A stretch of 37,054 bases of DNA from a virus, in the IMG/VR virus record IMGVR_UViG_3300033555_000014, positions 1-37,054 of that record; one strand, written 5' to 3'. Position 1 is the first letter of the stretch; every line of letters starts with the position of its first letter. A program made the position numbers and the translations under genes. The notes beneath the pieces are model-generated. The model was not told the DNA's origin and did no database searches. It was given only the letters and a program-made list of their open reading frames with translations. Positions 28,475 to 37,054 of the stretch are shown here, one piece after another.

Positions 28475-29788
28475 ATGATTAACGACACACTCGACCCTTC
28501 GACCGAACACCCTGGCTACGCTGACATTGCACGTCGTTACCATGTCTCTCTTGACGCTTTCACAGGCAATGTCAAGGACTACGTACCTGCACTGCAAGGT
28601 GCTTCACGCTCTGACCACGAACAGTACCTGCAACGTGCGGCCTACTTCGGCGTAGTTGAACGTACCACAGCAGCAATCATCGGCGCAATGACACGCAAAC
28701 CTTTCACGCTGACTGGACAATTCCCAGCAACTGAATATGGTTCGGCTGACCTGTTCCTGCAATACCAATACCGCGACCTGCTTCTGGGTGGCCGCAGCGC
28801 AATCCTCGTCGATGTAGGTACAGACGGCAAGTCACGCCTGGTCAACTATGACGCTGATGACATCATCAACTGGTCGGAAGACTTTGTGATGGTTCGTGAG
28901 ACGATGTTGGTAAGGGATGCAAAGAATCCGTACAAACTGGTAGAAGAAACCAAGTACCGCGAAATGTACCTGGAAGATGACCAGTACCTTGTGCGCCTCT
29001 GGACACAGGTTGATGGCAAGTGGCGCAGCGAAGACCAGGAACAGATGTTGGTCAAAGGTAAGCCATTGTCCTACATTCCAATCTTCCCGGTTACACCATA
29101 CGACAATAGCTGGGACCAGTACAACCCACCACTGTTCGTACAGGCTACACTGAACATCCAACACTTCAAGCAAGCATTGGACCAGGGTCACTTCATGCAC
29201 TTCATGGCTCTGCCAACCTTCGTAGTTGTTGGTGACCTGGCTGAGCACGAAGAAGACATGACGGACTACACAGTTGCTGGTTTCGCTACAGAATCTGGCC
29301 GAAACATCGTAACTCGTCGAGCTTCGTTCAAGATTGGCTCGACTACCGAACCTCTGCACCTGAAAGAAGGTAGCACAGGTCAATGGGTACAAATCGATGC
29401 TGGTGCTGCAGCCGCAATCCAGGTTCAACTGGAGAAAATTGAAGAACGTATGTTCATCTCTGGCTCACGTTTGCTGACCACCAAGAAGGGCGTCGAGTCT
29501 GTTGAAGCGCTCCAGGTTCGTGCTGGTGCTGAAGGCGCAGTGCTGGAGACCATTACCAACGCAGTCGAGTCAGCCCTCAACAACGCTCTGGAACTCTGCG
29601 GCCAAATCGATGGTGGCCAACAAGTCAAGATTGAGCTGAACAAAGACTTCTCAGGTGGTGCAATGGAGCCAGCACGCGTCAAATCTCTGCTGGAATTGTT
29701 TACCGCAAACGCAATTTCGCTGGAACAATTGACCGCTGAACTGTACGACAATGAGGTAGTTCAACAACCTGTTACAAAACCTGTATAA
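28475..29788 (+). CDS. Portal protein (437 aa)
   Basis: The call rests on position after terL, on size, and on an N-terminal pattern (ARRYHVSLDAFTGNVKDYVPALQG...) like DUF4055-type portals. Confidence 0.75.
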   Translation: MINDTLDPSTEHPGYADIARRYHVSLDAFTGNVKDYVPALQGASRSDHEQYLQRAAYFGVVERTTAAIIGAMTRKPFTLTGQFPATEYGSADLFLQYQYRDLLLGGRSAILVDVGTDGKSRLVNYDADDIINWSEDFVMVRETMLVRDAKNPYKLVEETKYREMYLEDDQYLVRLWTQVDGKWRSEDQEQMLVKGKPLSYIPIFPVTPYDNSWDQYNPPLFVQATLNIQHFKQALDQGHFMHFMALPTFVVVGDLAEHEEDMTDYTVAGFATESGRNIVTRRASFKIGSTTEPLHLKEGSTGQWVQIDAGAAAAIQVQLEKIEERMFISGSRLLTTKKGVESVEALQVRAGAEGAVLETITNAVESALNNALELCGQIDGGQQVKIELNKDFSGGAMEPARVKSLLELFTANAISLEQLTAELYDNEVVQQPVTKPV

Positions 29789-29838
29789 CATCTAAGAAAT
29801 TCGCTAAATACCATTAACATTTCCGGAGGAAATAAATT

Positions 29839-30561
29839 ATGTTGAAGTACCTTGAAACAAACGTCCCGGCGGGACTAGAAACTTACTACACTGACAACGG
29901 CGACGGCACATTCCGCCTCCAAGTTGAAGGAGTTGTACCAGAGTCTGAAGTTGTGGCTCTGAAAGCAAAGAACAAAGAATTCCGAGAAGCTAACATCGGT
30001 CTGTTGAAGACCAACGAATCGCTCTCGTCGTTCGAAAAGGTTTTTGGCACAGGTAATGTAACACCTGATGGCATTAACGCACGAATTGAAACCCTGGCAA
30101 CTGAACGTGCCACCTTGCTTAGCGAGAACGCTGTCAAGGCTGCACACGAACGTGTCAAGGAGCTTGAAACCGGACTGTCTACCAAACAACAGAAGCTGTC
30201 GAAGCTTATGCTGGGTGAAGCAGTCCAGAAAGCCGGAACGAAACACGGAGTGGTTCCTACGGCGTTTGACGATGTATTGCGTCGTGCTGAGTCTGACTTC
30301 GAAGTCACTGACGAAGGTCTTAAATTCCGCCAGGAGAAACTGGATGTTGAAGGAAAGGCTTACACAGTTGACAGCTGGATGGCAGAACAAGCACAAGCCG
30401 CACCACATCTTTTCGCCCAATCGCAAGGTACAAGCGCAGCTCGTCCTTCGAAACCGGGAACTGCGACAACACAGAACAGCGCACCAAAATCTGCGTCTGA
30501 ACTGATTGCTTCAGGACTTAACCAAATGAACTCGACTGGCGCTGCTCGTCGATTGAACTAA
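29839..30561 (+). CDS. Scaffolding protein (240 aa)
   Basis: SD ggaggaaataaattATG. The protein is long, helical and Lys/Glu/Ala-rich, and lies between the portal and major capsid genes. Confidence 0.7.
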   Translation: MLKYLETNVPAGLETYYTDNGDGTFRLQVEGVVPESEVVALKAKNKEFREANIGLLKTNESLSSFEKVFGTGNVTPDGINARIETLATERATLLSENAVKAAHERVKELETGLSTKQQKLSKLMLGEAVQKAGTKHGVVPTAFDDVLRRAESDFEVTDEGLKFRQEKLDVEGKAYTVDSWMAEQAQAAPHLFAQSQGTSAARPSKPGTATTQNSAPKSASELIASGLNQMNSTGAARRLN

Positions 30562-30582
30562 AACCCTCAGGAGAAATAACTC

Positions 30583-31494
30583 ATGGCAACATTTACCCTC
30601 GCAGAAGCTCAGAAACTGGGTCTTAACGACCTCCAGGCTGGCGTTGCAACCACAATCAATACCGTTGCACCTGCAATCGGTAACATTCCATTCGTCCGCG
30701 TTGCTGGTAACGCTTACACCTTCAACCGCGAACTGACCAACGTTTCCGGCGAAGTCGTAGCTGCTGACGGTACCATCACTGACTCGACTCAGCTGACGGT
30801 AACTCCAGTGACTGTCTCCCTGACCAGCCTGTCTGGCCAATCGGACATTCCTAACGCCATCCTGCGTCAAGCTGTTGGTGCAAACGGTGGTAACGACATC
30901 AAGGGCATGCACATCGCATCGGCTGCTAAGGCTGTCGGTATGAAGTTCCTGGACCGTATGGTTAACGGCACTGTTGCTGCAAACGGTTGGGACGGCCTCA
31001 AGGCTATGTTCTCGCAGGCTGCATTCGCAGGTCAAGTTGTTGACGCAAACGACGCTGCATTCTCGCTCGACCTGGTTGACGAAGCAATCTCGAAGGTCAA
31101 CATCGGTGGTCAGAAAGTCCTGATGGGCAATGCTAAGGCAGAAGCGAAGTTCAAAGCTGCAATGCGCGCTGCTGGTGGTACTGACTCGACGGAACTGAAC
31201 GGTAAGTTCTTCAGCTCGTACGATGGTGTTCCATTCATCCGTAACGACTACATCGCGAACGACCAAGACGGCGTAACCGCTGGTAACCAGTCGGACATCT
31301 ACGTTCTCACCTTCGGTGACGGCGTTGACGGTGGTGTTGTTGCTCTGACATCGGCTAACGGTGACTTGTTCAACCTGACCGAGTTCCCAGCTCTGGAAAT
31401 GAAGGACGCAACCCGTGTTCGCGTCATCATGGACGGCGCAATGATTGTTCGCTCGCCACTGGCAGTAGCAATCCTCAAGTCAGTAACGGTCTAA
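30583..31494 (+). CDS. Major capsid protein (303 aa)
   Basis: SD caggagaaataactcATG. The call rests on position after the scaffold gene, high-expression codon usage, and a strong terminator downstream. Confidence 0.8.
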   Translation: MATFTLAEAQKLGLNDLQAGVATTINTVAPAIGNIPFVRVAGNAYTFNRELTNVSGEVVAADGTITDSTQLTVTPVTVSLTSLSGQSDIPNAILRQAVGANGGNDIKGMHIASAAKAVGMKFLDRMVNGTVAANGWDGLKAMFSQAAFAGQVVDANDAAFSLDLVDEAISKVNIGGQKVLMGNAKAEAKFKAAMRAAGGTDSTELNGKFFSSYDGVPFIRNDYIANDQDGVTAGNQSDIYVLTFGDGVDGGVVALTSANGDLFNLTEFPALEMKDATRVRVIMDGAMIVRSPLAVAILKSVTV

Positions 31495-31507
31495 GCCTAA
31501 CTGCTAG

Positions 31508-31572
31508 CCCCTCAAACGAGGGGTGAAAACGATTTAGGGGTGCAATGCAATTAAGCCTTGCACCCCTTTTTA
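31508..31572 (+). terminator. Tandem hairpins after the capsid gene; the second is a strong intrinsic terminator
   Basis: The first hairpin is cccctc-aaac-gagggg (31508-31523). The second is aggggtgcaa (31536-31545) paired with ttgcacccct (31558-31567), followed by ttttt. Confidence 0.75.
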
Positions 31573-31590
31573 GCATTAGGAGACACACAA

Positions 31591-32070
31591 ATGGCACTAC
31601 TTACTACCGAAACATACATCACCATCGCCGGCGCTCAAGCTTATGCTGCCAAGATGGGGTTGGAACTACCAGTCGATGTGACAGAACTAGAAACTCTGCT
31701 TCGTCGTGCTGCAATCTACCTTGACCGCATCTATGGCCCACGCTACATTGGCGAGACCATCAGCACGACCCAACTGCTTGCATTCCCTCGTTACAATGTA
31801 ACAGGAATCCCAACACAAATTGGCGAAGCTCAAACCGAACTGGCTGCATTACTCTATGCCAACGGTGGTGTACTTCCTGAAGTTGCACCTCGAGTGAAGA
31901 AAACGGTCATCAAACTGGAAGGTATTGAAACGTCCCTGGAGTACGCTGACGTGTACGGCTACGGTCTCAATCCTTACGAAACAATTGACAAAATGTTGTT
32001 TGCATACTTGGTCGACACCTCTGGTGATGGTACCATCCGTCGTAAGCTGACAATGACACGAGGTTACTAA
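31591..32070 (+). CDS. Head-tail adaptor / connector protein (159 aa)
   Basis: ATG at 31591 is preceded by the SD aggagacacacaaATG; the track start at 31558 is a TTG inside the terminator. The N-terminus is TIAGAQAYAAKMGLELP...LLRRAAIYLDRIYG, typical of gp6-like adaptors. Confidence 0.6.
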   Translation: MALLTTETYITIAGAQAYAAKMGLELPVDVTELETLLRRAAIYLDRIYGPRYIGETISTTQLLAFPRYNVTGIPTQIGEAQTELAALLYANGGVLPEVAPRVKKTVIKLEGIETSLEYADVYGYGLNPYETIDKMLFAYLVDTSGDGTIRRKLTMTRGY

Positions 32071-32399
32071 TGGACTTCTCAGGAACTCGCTCAGCAATTG
32101 ACGACATGATTCGCTCATTCGGTACCTCTTGCAAGCTGGAAAAGGTTGATGGCACATCTGCAACCACCATCGGCGTTCTCCTGTCTGGTCAAACTGCATC
32201 TACACCTCAGGCAAGCAACAGCTTTGTGACGAAAGTCAACAAGATTTGCTACCTTTCTGGCAAGATTACGCAGGTTCCAAAGCCAGGTGACGCAGTTACC
32301 TTCAAGCCAAATACGTACGTCATCAAGCAGGTGCGAGCAATTGCAGTCGGCGAAGGTAAGACAAACGTATTCGCTTACAAATTGGAGCTGTCCACATGA
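32070..32399 (+). CDS. Head closure / head-tail joining protein candidate (109 aa)
   Basis: It forms a TAATG overlap with the upstream gene. The call rests on size and position between the adaptor and the tail terminator. Confidence 0.5.
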   Translation: MDFSGTRSAIDDMIRSFGTSCKLEKVDGTSATTIGVLLSGQTASTPQASNSFVTKVNKICYLSGKITQVPKPGDAVTFKPNTYVIKQVRAIAVGEGKTNVFAYKLELST

Positions 32400-32800
32400 G
32401 CCTTGCAATCGTACGCCAACATCTACTCACAACTTTCCGCGGTGTGGCAGGCGACATGCCTGTTGTTCCGGAAGGCGAGAACTTCCAACCGGAAGGATTG
32501 CAAGACTACCCTTGGGCACGCTTTGCAATCTTGCCTGTCGAAAGCCAAATTCGAGGTCTGAGCACCGACCAAACATTGCGAGGTCTGGCAGCAATCACCT
32601 TGTACTTCACACGCACTACGAACAATGTAACAGACGCGCTGGTACTCGCGGAGATGGTACGGGAAAACTTCCCAATCCAGAACACGGTACTTGTTGGAGG
32701 CACCCAAATGTTGGTGACCGCCTCTTGGGTTGAAGCTGTACGGCATGATGAGGATGGATTCTTTGTTCCAATCTTCGTTCGCTGGACCTACTTCGACTGA
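32396..32800 (+). CDS. Tail terminator / tail completion protein candidate (134 aa)
   Basis: It forms an ATGA overlap with the upstream gene. The pattern is PVVPEGENFQPEGLQDYPWARFAILPV... It lies directly upstream of the major tail gene. Confidence 0.55.
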   Translation: MSLAIVRQHLLTTFRGVAGDMPVVPEGENFQPEGLQDYPWARFAILPVESQIRGLSTDQTLRGLAAITLYFTRTTNNVTDALVLAEMVRENFPIQNTVLVGGTQMLVTASWVEAVRHDEDGFFVPIFVRWTYFD

Positions 32801-32843
32801 ACTATTCACTAAATACTAGCATTAATTCTTAAAGGAAAACACC

Positions 32844-33749
32844 ATGGCATTTGCATCTGGCTCACGTGTTCGTCTGGCCTACGTTCCAGAAGTAACATTC
32901 AATACTACTCCTGCGCTGCCGGAGCTTGTGGAACTGCCAAAACAGTCCATAACTCTCGACCTCAGCAAGGAAACTTTCAACGACCCAACCATCACCAGCG
33001 ACCGTATGGAAGCTGACGAACGCCATGGCAACATCATGGTTGGTGGCGAAGTTGTTGCAACTCTTCAACACGGTCAATTCGACGACTGGCTCCAAGCTGC
33101 ACTCGGTGGTACCTGGACAACCAACGTACTCAAGGTCGGTGTCATTCCACGCTCATTCACCATCGAACAAGGTTTCCTGGACATTGGACAATACCGTCGC
33201 TTTACCGGTGTGCGCGTTAACTCGTACAGCCTTGAAGTAAACCCAGGCTCAATCGTCAATGCGACGTTCGGTCTGATGGGTGCTGGTATGACGACTGCGC
33301 AGGCACCACTTGACGCTACTGTTACAGCTCCACAAGCTAAGCAAGGTATGTCCCACATCGGTGGCTCAATCAGCGTTGCAGGTTCGAACGTTGTCTGCAC
33401 GGCTGCAACAATCTCGGTTGAAAACGGTATGGAAGCAGCACGTGGTATTGGTTCTTCGACAGCATTCGACGTCGTATGGGCTGAGAGCACCGTTACTGGT
33501 TCTTGCACGTTCTACTTCGAAGACCTGATTCAGTACAACCGTTTCTTGAATGAAACGACTGCTGCAATCGTCATCGTTCTGTCCGACGGTACCAACACGC
33601 TGACACACACCATCCCTAAGGCGAAGTTCAACACCGCATCACTGCCTGTACCTAACGCTGGTATGCTGTTCGTTACGATGGCGTTCAAAGGTTTGAAGGA
33701 TGCTACCACTGGTACAACCCTGCAAATCTCTCGTTCAGCTGTAGTGTAA
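32844..33749 (+). CDS. Major tail tube protein (301 aa)
   Basis: SD aaaggaaaacaccATG. The call rests on position upstream of the chaperone and tape measure genes and on beta-rich composition. Confidence 0.75.
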   Translation: MAFASGSRVRLAYVPEVTFNTTPALPELVELPKQSITLDLSKETFNDPTITSDRMEADERHGNIMVGGEVVATLQHGQFDDWLQAALGGTWTTNVLKVGVIPRSFTIEQGFLDIGQYRRFTGVRVNSYSLEVNPGSIVNATFGLMGAGMTTAQAPLDATVTAPQAKQGMSHIGGSISVAGSNVVCTAATISVENGMEAARGIGSSTAFDVVWAESTVTGSCTFYFEDLIQYNRFLNETTAAIVIVLSDGTNTLTHTIPKAKFNTASLPVPNAGMLFVTMAFKGLKDATTGTTLQISRSAVV

Positions 33750-33751
33750 TC

Positions 33752-34051
33752 ATGGCTAAGCTCGACATAAAACTTCCTGACTTCGGCAAAGTGGTACAAG
33801 ATGTAACAGCCGAATTCAAGATTCGTGTCGAGCGTCGTACCCCTCGCTCCAACAAAGACAAAGCCCACTTGCAAGACCAGTGGGCGGTTGAGCAAGCCGG
33901 TGAAGGTCATCAGCGTATTGTCAATCAATTTGAATATGCAACATTCGTTGAGAACGGCACTAGTCGTATGGCAGGTGCTTATATGGTTCGAACAACTGAG
34001 GAAGAAGTTCCTCAAATGATTGAAGACGCATTAAAGAAGCAAAATTTCTAA
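33752..34051 (+). CDS. HK97 gp10-family-like protein (99 aa)
   Basis: ...NQFEYATFVENGTSRMAGAYMV... resembles the gp10-family core (Y-A-x-x-V-E-x-G-T). Confidence 0.5.
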   Translation: MAKLDIKLPDFGKVVQDVTAEFKIRVERRTPRSNKDKAHLQDQWAVEQAGEGHQRIVNQFEYATFVENGTSRMAGAYMVRTTEEEVPQMIEDALKKQNF

Positions 34052-34093
34052 TGACGTGGCATAAGCCGCGCACTACACAAAAGGAGCAGTACC

Positions 34094-34435
34094 ATGAAAG
34101 CAAAGTTCAAACTTTCGCAACTCGCCGCAGTTGACACCGTTCAAAAAGAACTTATTCACCCTAAGCACGGTGAGACAGGCATCTTCGTAACCCTCGCTGG
34201 TCCAACACACCCAACGTGGAAAGCCGCGCTGGAAGAATATAATGCTAGTGAAGAAGAGCAGAACATCCGCGGTTTAAAGCTATTTGCAGGTTCCATATTG
34301 GGCTGGGACGAAGAAGCAATCGAACTACCGTACACCACAGAAAATGTCTTGGCACTGTTCAAGGACGACAAACACGAATGGATGGCACGTCAGTTGACTG
34401 ATGCCGTTCTCGACAACACCACGTTCTTTCAATAA
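34094..34435 (+). CDS. G: Tail assembly chaperone (gpG-like, 113 aa)
   Basis: SD aaaaggagcagtaccATG. It lies immediately upstream of the tape measure gene and is acidic. Its 3' end overlaps the T-like frame. Confidence 0.7.
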   Translation: MKAKFKLSQLAAVDTVQKELIHPKHGETGIFVTLAGPTHPTWKAALEEYNASEEEQNIRGLKLFAGSILGWDEEAIELPYTTENVLALFKDDKHEWMARQLTDAVLDNTTFFQ

Positions 34436-34796
34436 ACTTGCTGACCGGTTAGGCGGGCAAATGGAGGTGGAGCTTAAACTCGCCACCCCATTGCCAGGAA
34501 GCGAAACTCCCTTACGGGAACATTTGAAGCTGGCGGTGCCTAACCATGCTTGGCTTCAACCTTTCGAGCTAACGCCATATGAAGAATACATCATGGCGGT
34601 GTTCTGGCAGTTGTGCAAAGACAGGCAATACGATGGAATGTCTGGCACACCTCGGTCTATTTCATTGCAGACTTTTGTATTCTACCAGCAGCTCTTCAAT
34701 GATGTACTAAATACAGACGAACTAGAACTCTTACAACATCTCGACCGCACGTATACCAATATGGTAGCGGAGCTTCGGAAGGAAAATAATGGCTGA
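34398..34796 (+). CDS. T: gpT-like frame of the tail assembly chaperone (probably expressed as a G-T fusion by recoding; +1 frame relative to G)
   Basis: Frame 0 is open from 34398 (TGA at 34395-34397) to TGA at 34794-34796. LAVPNHAWLQPFELTPYEEYIMAVFWQLCKDRQYDGMSGTPRSISLQ resembles the gpT/DUF1799 core. There is no SD before ATG 34401. Confidence 0.6.
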   Translation: MMPFSTTPRSFNKLADRLGGQMEVELKLATPLPGSETPLREHLKLAVPNHAWLQPFELTPYEEYIMAVFWQLCKDRQYDGMSGTPRSISLQTFVFYQQLFNDVLNTDELELLQHLDRTYTNMVAELRKENNG

Positions 34797-37054
34797 GCAG
34801 AATCATGAAATTGTCATTAATGTACGCGAACAGGGCTCACAAGGTGCCCGTCGCAACATTGATGAACTCAACGACAGCGCTAACCGCGCATCCCGTGGAG
34901 GTATTAGCGGGCTCTCAAACGCCACAAGCGAACTTGCTGACCGTATGGGCAATCTACCTGGTCCTCTAGGTAGTGCAGCGAGTGGTATTTCCGGAATGAT
35001 TTCCCAAGTCTCGTCTCTCACATCAGGTGTTGGCGGTGGTACAATTGCACTTGGCGGGCTTGCACTTGGACTAGCAGCTGCCGGTGTAGCCGCAGTGGTA
35101 ATGGGTGAACAAATAGCATTGGCTGCTGATGACGCTGCTGAGATGGCTGACAAGATGGGTGTAACTATTGAACGTCTTGAAGCCCTCAAGGTAATCGCAG
35201 AAGACAATTCAGGTTCTGCAGAAGGTTACGCAAAAACTCTCGAAAAAGTTGCAAAGTCAATGACAAAGATTGATGAGGACAGCCCTAAAGCCGCCAAGGC
35301 AATGGCATCCCTTGGTCTGTCGTTTGAAGAAATGCAACGTCTGAACCCTGACCAACAGTTGGCTGCAATAGTCAACGCCTATGAAAATCTTGGTCGTAGT
35401 CAAGAAGCTCTTGCAGGTGCAACTATGCTTGCCGGCGGCGGTTTCCGTGACCTGATTCCAATGGTAAAAGCTCTTGAAGAAGATGCAGGCGCTGCTACAG
35501 CACAATCAATTGAATTCGGCAATGTAATCGGCATTGACCTAGTTGAAATGGGTGCACGCGCTGAGAAAGCTAACCGCAAAGTTAGTGACGCTTGGGGTGG
35601 TTTGACAAAAGAATTCTCGAAGGGCTCAGCTGACCCTTGGATTCAGTTCAAGAGTGGTGCTGCCGACGCATTGAATTGGATTCGTACTGTCCTTGCAGCA
35701 TGGCGCGCGTCTAATGCAGAGATGAATGGCAAAGCACAACGCGGCGTTGACGGTGGTAAGGGCGGAACTATTGGTCTCATCGGTGGGTTTGCTGAAGGTG
35801 TGCGCAGCACACTGTATGGTGCTAAACCTCCTGAACCCGCGCCAACAATTAAAATCAATCGCAACAGCACACCTAGCGGTAAGTCTTGGGACGAAATCAA
35901 CCAAGAAAAGCTTGCTGCTAAAGAGAAAAAGAAGCTTGCGGATGCAGGCGAAGCAGAAATAAAGAAGCGTAAATCCGCCTCTGCAGGTGAATCTGCATCT
36001 CGTCGTGCTGCCTCGGCTCGTGACTCTGCTGCAAACAAAGCAGAATCTGAAGCTCTTCGTAAAGCAAAAGAATCTGAGCGTACTATTGCTCGCGAAATCG
36101 CTGACCAAGCACGCGAACAGATTCGCCTCGACAAGGAACGCACTCAGGAAATCGAACGCCAAGTTGAAGCAATGAAGCGTATTGGTGAACAGGGTGTTGG
36201 TCGTATTGCTGGAACAGCATCAGCAATGGCTAGCCAAGTTTCCTTCCAGCGCCGCTCTGTTGGTATGGGTGCAATTGACCGCGACTCTCTTTCCGGTACA
36301 GACAAAATTGGTGCTGATGCAGACCGTTCCCGCGCTGAACTTAACAGTAACTTCAATGATGGTGACCGTTTCGACTTTAGCCGCATTGTCGAGTACAACA
36401 AGCAGTTGGCTTCCATCAACGATGCTGAGCGCATGGCCACGGCTGTCATGGGCGAAGAGACCGAGAAGCGTAAAGCTTTCCAGGCTGACTGGACGAACGG
36501 CGCAAGTAACGCCATCGCAACCTACGTCGAGAGTGCAAACGACATGGCTGGTCAAATTAGCCAGCTCGGTGACAAGATGTTCAAGGGTATGGAAGATGCT
36601 CTCGTCTCCTTCGTAACCACCGGCAAGGCATCGTTCGCTGACTTCGCACGTTCGGTCATTGCAGACCTGGTCCGCATCATTGCAAAGAAAGCAATCGCTA
36701 ACCTTGCTGAATCTGCGGCTGGTATGTTCGGCTTCGCAAATGGCGGTGCATTCTCAGGTGGCACACAGTTCTTCGCAAATGGTGGTGTGGTAAATCGTGC
36801 TACAGGTTTTGGTATGTCAGGTGGCAAAATGGGTGTAATGGGCGAAGCTGGTCCAGAAGCAATCATGCCCCTGAAACGTGGCAGTGATGGTAAGCTGGGT
36901 GTTGCAATGTCTGGTGGTGGTGGAGGTGGTGGAAACAACTTCTCGCAAGTCAACAACATTACCATCCAGTCTTCTGGCGACGGAGACAGCGACAAGCAAC
37001 AAGCTGACATGGTTGCAGCTGCAATCGACAAGAAGTTCGCAGAAAACATGGCGC
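34789..37054 (+). CDS. H: Tape measure protein (771 aa in total; runs off the window end and finishes at 1..177)
   Basis: It is absent from the ORF track because it has no in-window stop. It starts with an ATGGCTGA overlap with the T frame and the SD ggaaggaaaataATG. I translated it by hand: MAEQNHEIVINVREQGSQGARRNIDELNDSANRASRGG..., with a hydrophobic GGGTIALGGLALGLAAAGVAAVV, a Lys/Glu/Arg coiled coil, and a lambda-H-like C-terminus (FANGGAFSGGTQFFANGGVVNRATGFGMSGGKMGVMGEAGPEAIMPLKRGSDGKLGV). Confidence 0.85.
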   Translation, partial: MAEQNHEIVINVREQGSQGARRNIDELNDSANRASRGGISGLSNATSELADRMGNLPGPLGSAASGISGMISQVSSLTSGVGGGTIALGGLALGLAAAGVAAVVMGEQIALAADDAAEMADKMGVTIERLEALKVIAEDNSGSAEGYAKTLEKVAKSMTKIDEDSPKAAKAMASLGLSFEEMQRLNPDQQLAAIVNAYENLGRSQEALAGATMLAGGGFRDLIPMVKALEEDAGAATAQSIEFGNVIGIDLVEMGARAEKANRKVSDAWGGLTKEFSKGSADPWIQFKSGAADALNWIRTVLAAWRASNAEMNGKAQRGVDGGKGGTIGLIGGFAEGVRSTLYGAKPPEPAPTIKINRNSTPSGKSWDEINQEKLAAKEKKKLADAGEAEIKKRKSASAGESASRRAASARDSAANKAESEALRKAKESERTIAREIADQAREQIRLDKERTQEIERQVEAMKRIGEQGVGRIAGTASAMASQVSFQRRSVGMGAIDRDSLSGTDKIGADADRSRAELNSNFNDGDRFDFSRIVEYNKQLASINDAERMATAVMGEETEKRKAFQADWTNGASNAIATYVESANDMAGQISQLGDKMFKGMEDALVSFVTTGKASFADFARSVIADLVRIIAKKAIANLAESAAGMFGFANGGAFSGGTQFFANGGVVNRATGFGMSGGKMGVMGEAGPEAIMPLKRGSDGKLGVAMSGGGGGGGNNFSQVNNITIQSSGDGDSDKQQADMVAAAIDKKFAENMA
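36928..37054. repeat. Terminal direct repeat copy 2 (identical to 1..127)
   Basis: Read directly; see copy 1. Confidence 0.95.

Overview
The window is a complete, circularly closed dsDNA phage genome. Bases 1-127 are identical to 36928-37054 (an assembly overlap), so the unique length is 36,927 bp. The virion is a siphovirus with a lambda-type tail and a presumed Gram-negative host, inferred from the spanin-like genes and a lipoprotein. Rightward (+) genes run in this order: a lysis cassette (23216-24971), small ORFs plus a GIY-YIG gene, and TerS/TerL/portal/scaffold/major capsid (26480-31494). These are followed by connector and tail genes (31591-34796) and a tape measure gene (34789..37054, continuing at 1..177 across the junction). 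The ORF track misses the tape measure gene because it has no in-window stop. Next come lambda M/L/K/I/J homologues (186-9407) and a second fibre/accessory module (9410-16846). The leftward (-) arm (22614 down to 16902) holds about 17 small ORFans and one GIY-YIG gene. I recognise no integrase, repressor, polymerase, helicase, primase or recombinase, and no tRNA or CRISPR array. The most unusual points are as follows. (1) A 163-aa mini-Hint (intein/BIL-like) domain sits 13 residues into the J tail-tip protein and has Gly at the +1 position, so it can cleave but cannot splice canonically. (2) The gpM homologue is 609 aa instead of about 110 aa, fused to a class-III-chitinase-like (GH18) barrel with an altered catalytic motif. 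(3) A 625-aa protein is built from about 26 tandem 20-residue repeats. (4) Two clusters of ACTTGATTAA / AAGTCGACTTT sites, including two perfect 65-bp repeats with internal 13-bp inverted repeats, bracket a 187-aa + 55-aa gene pair; this may be the phage's uncharacterised control or replication module. (5) The tail chaperone T frame lies +1 (not -1) relative to G. (6) The lysis cassette carries an embedded HExxH mini-protein that separates the two spanin candidates. All functional calls rest on motifs I read in the translations and on recalled family signatures; no database search was run.
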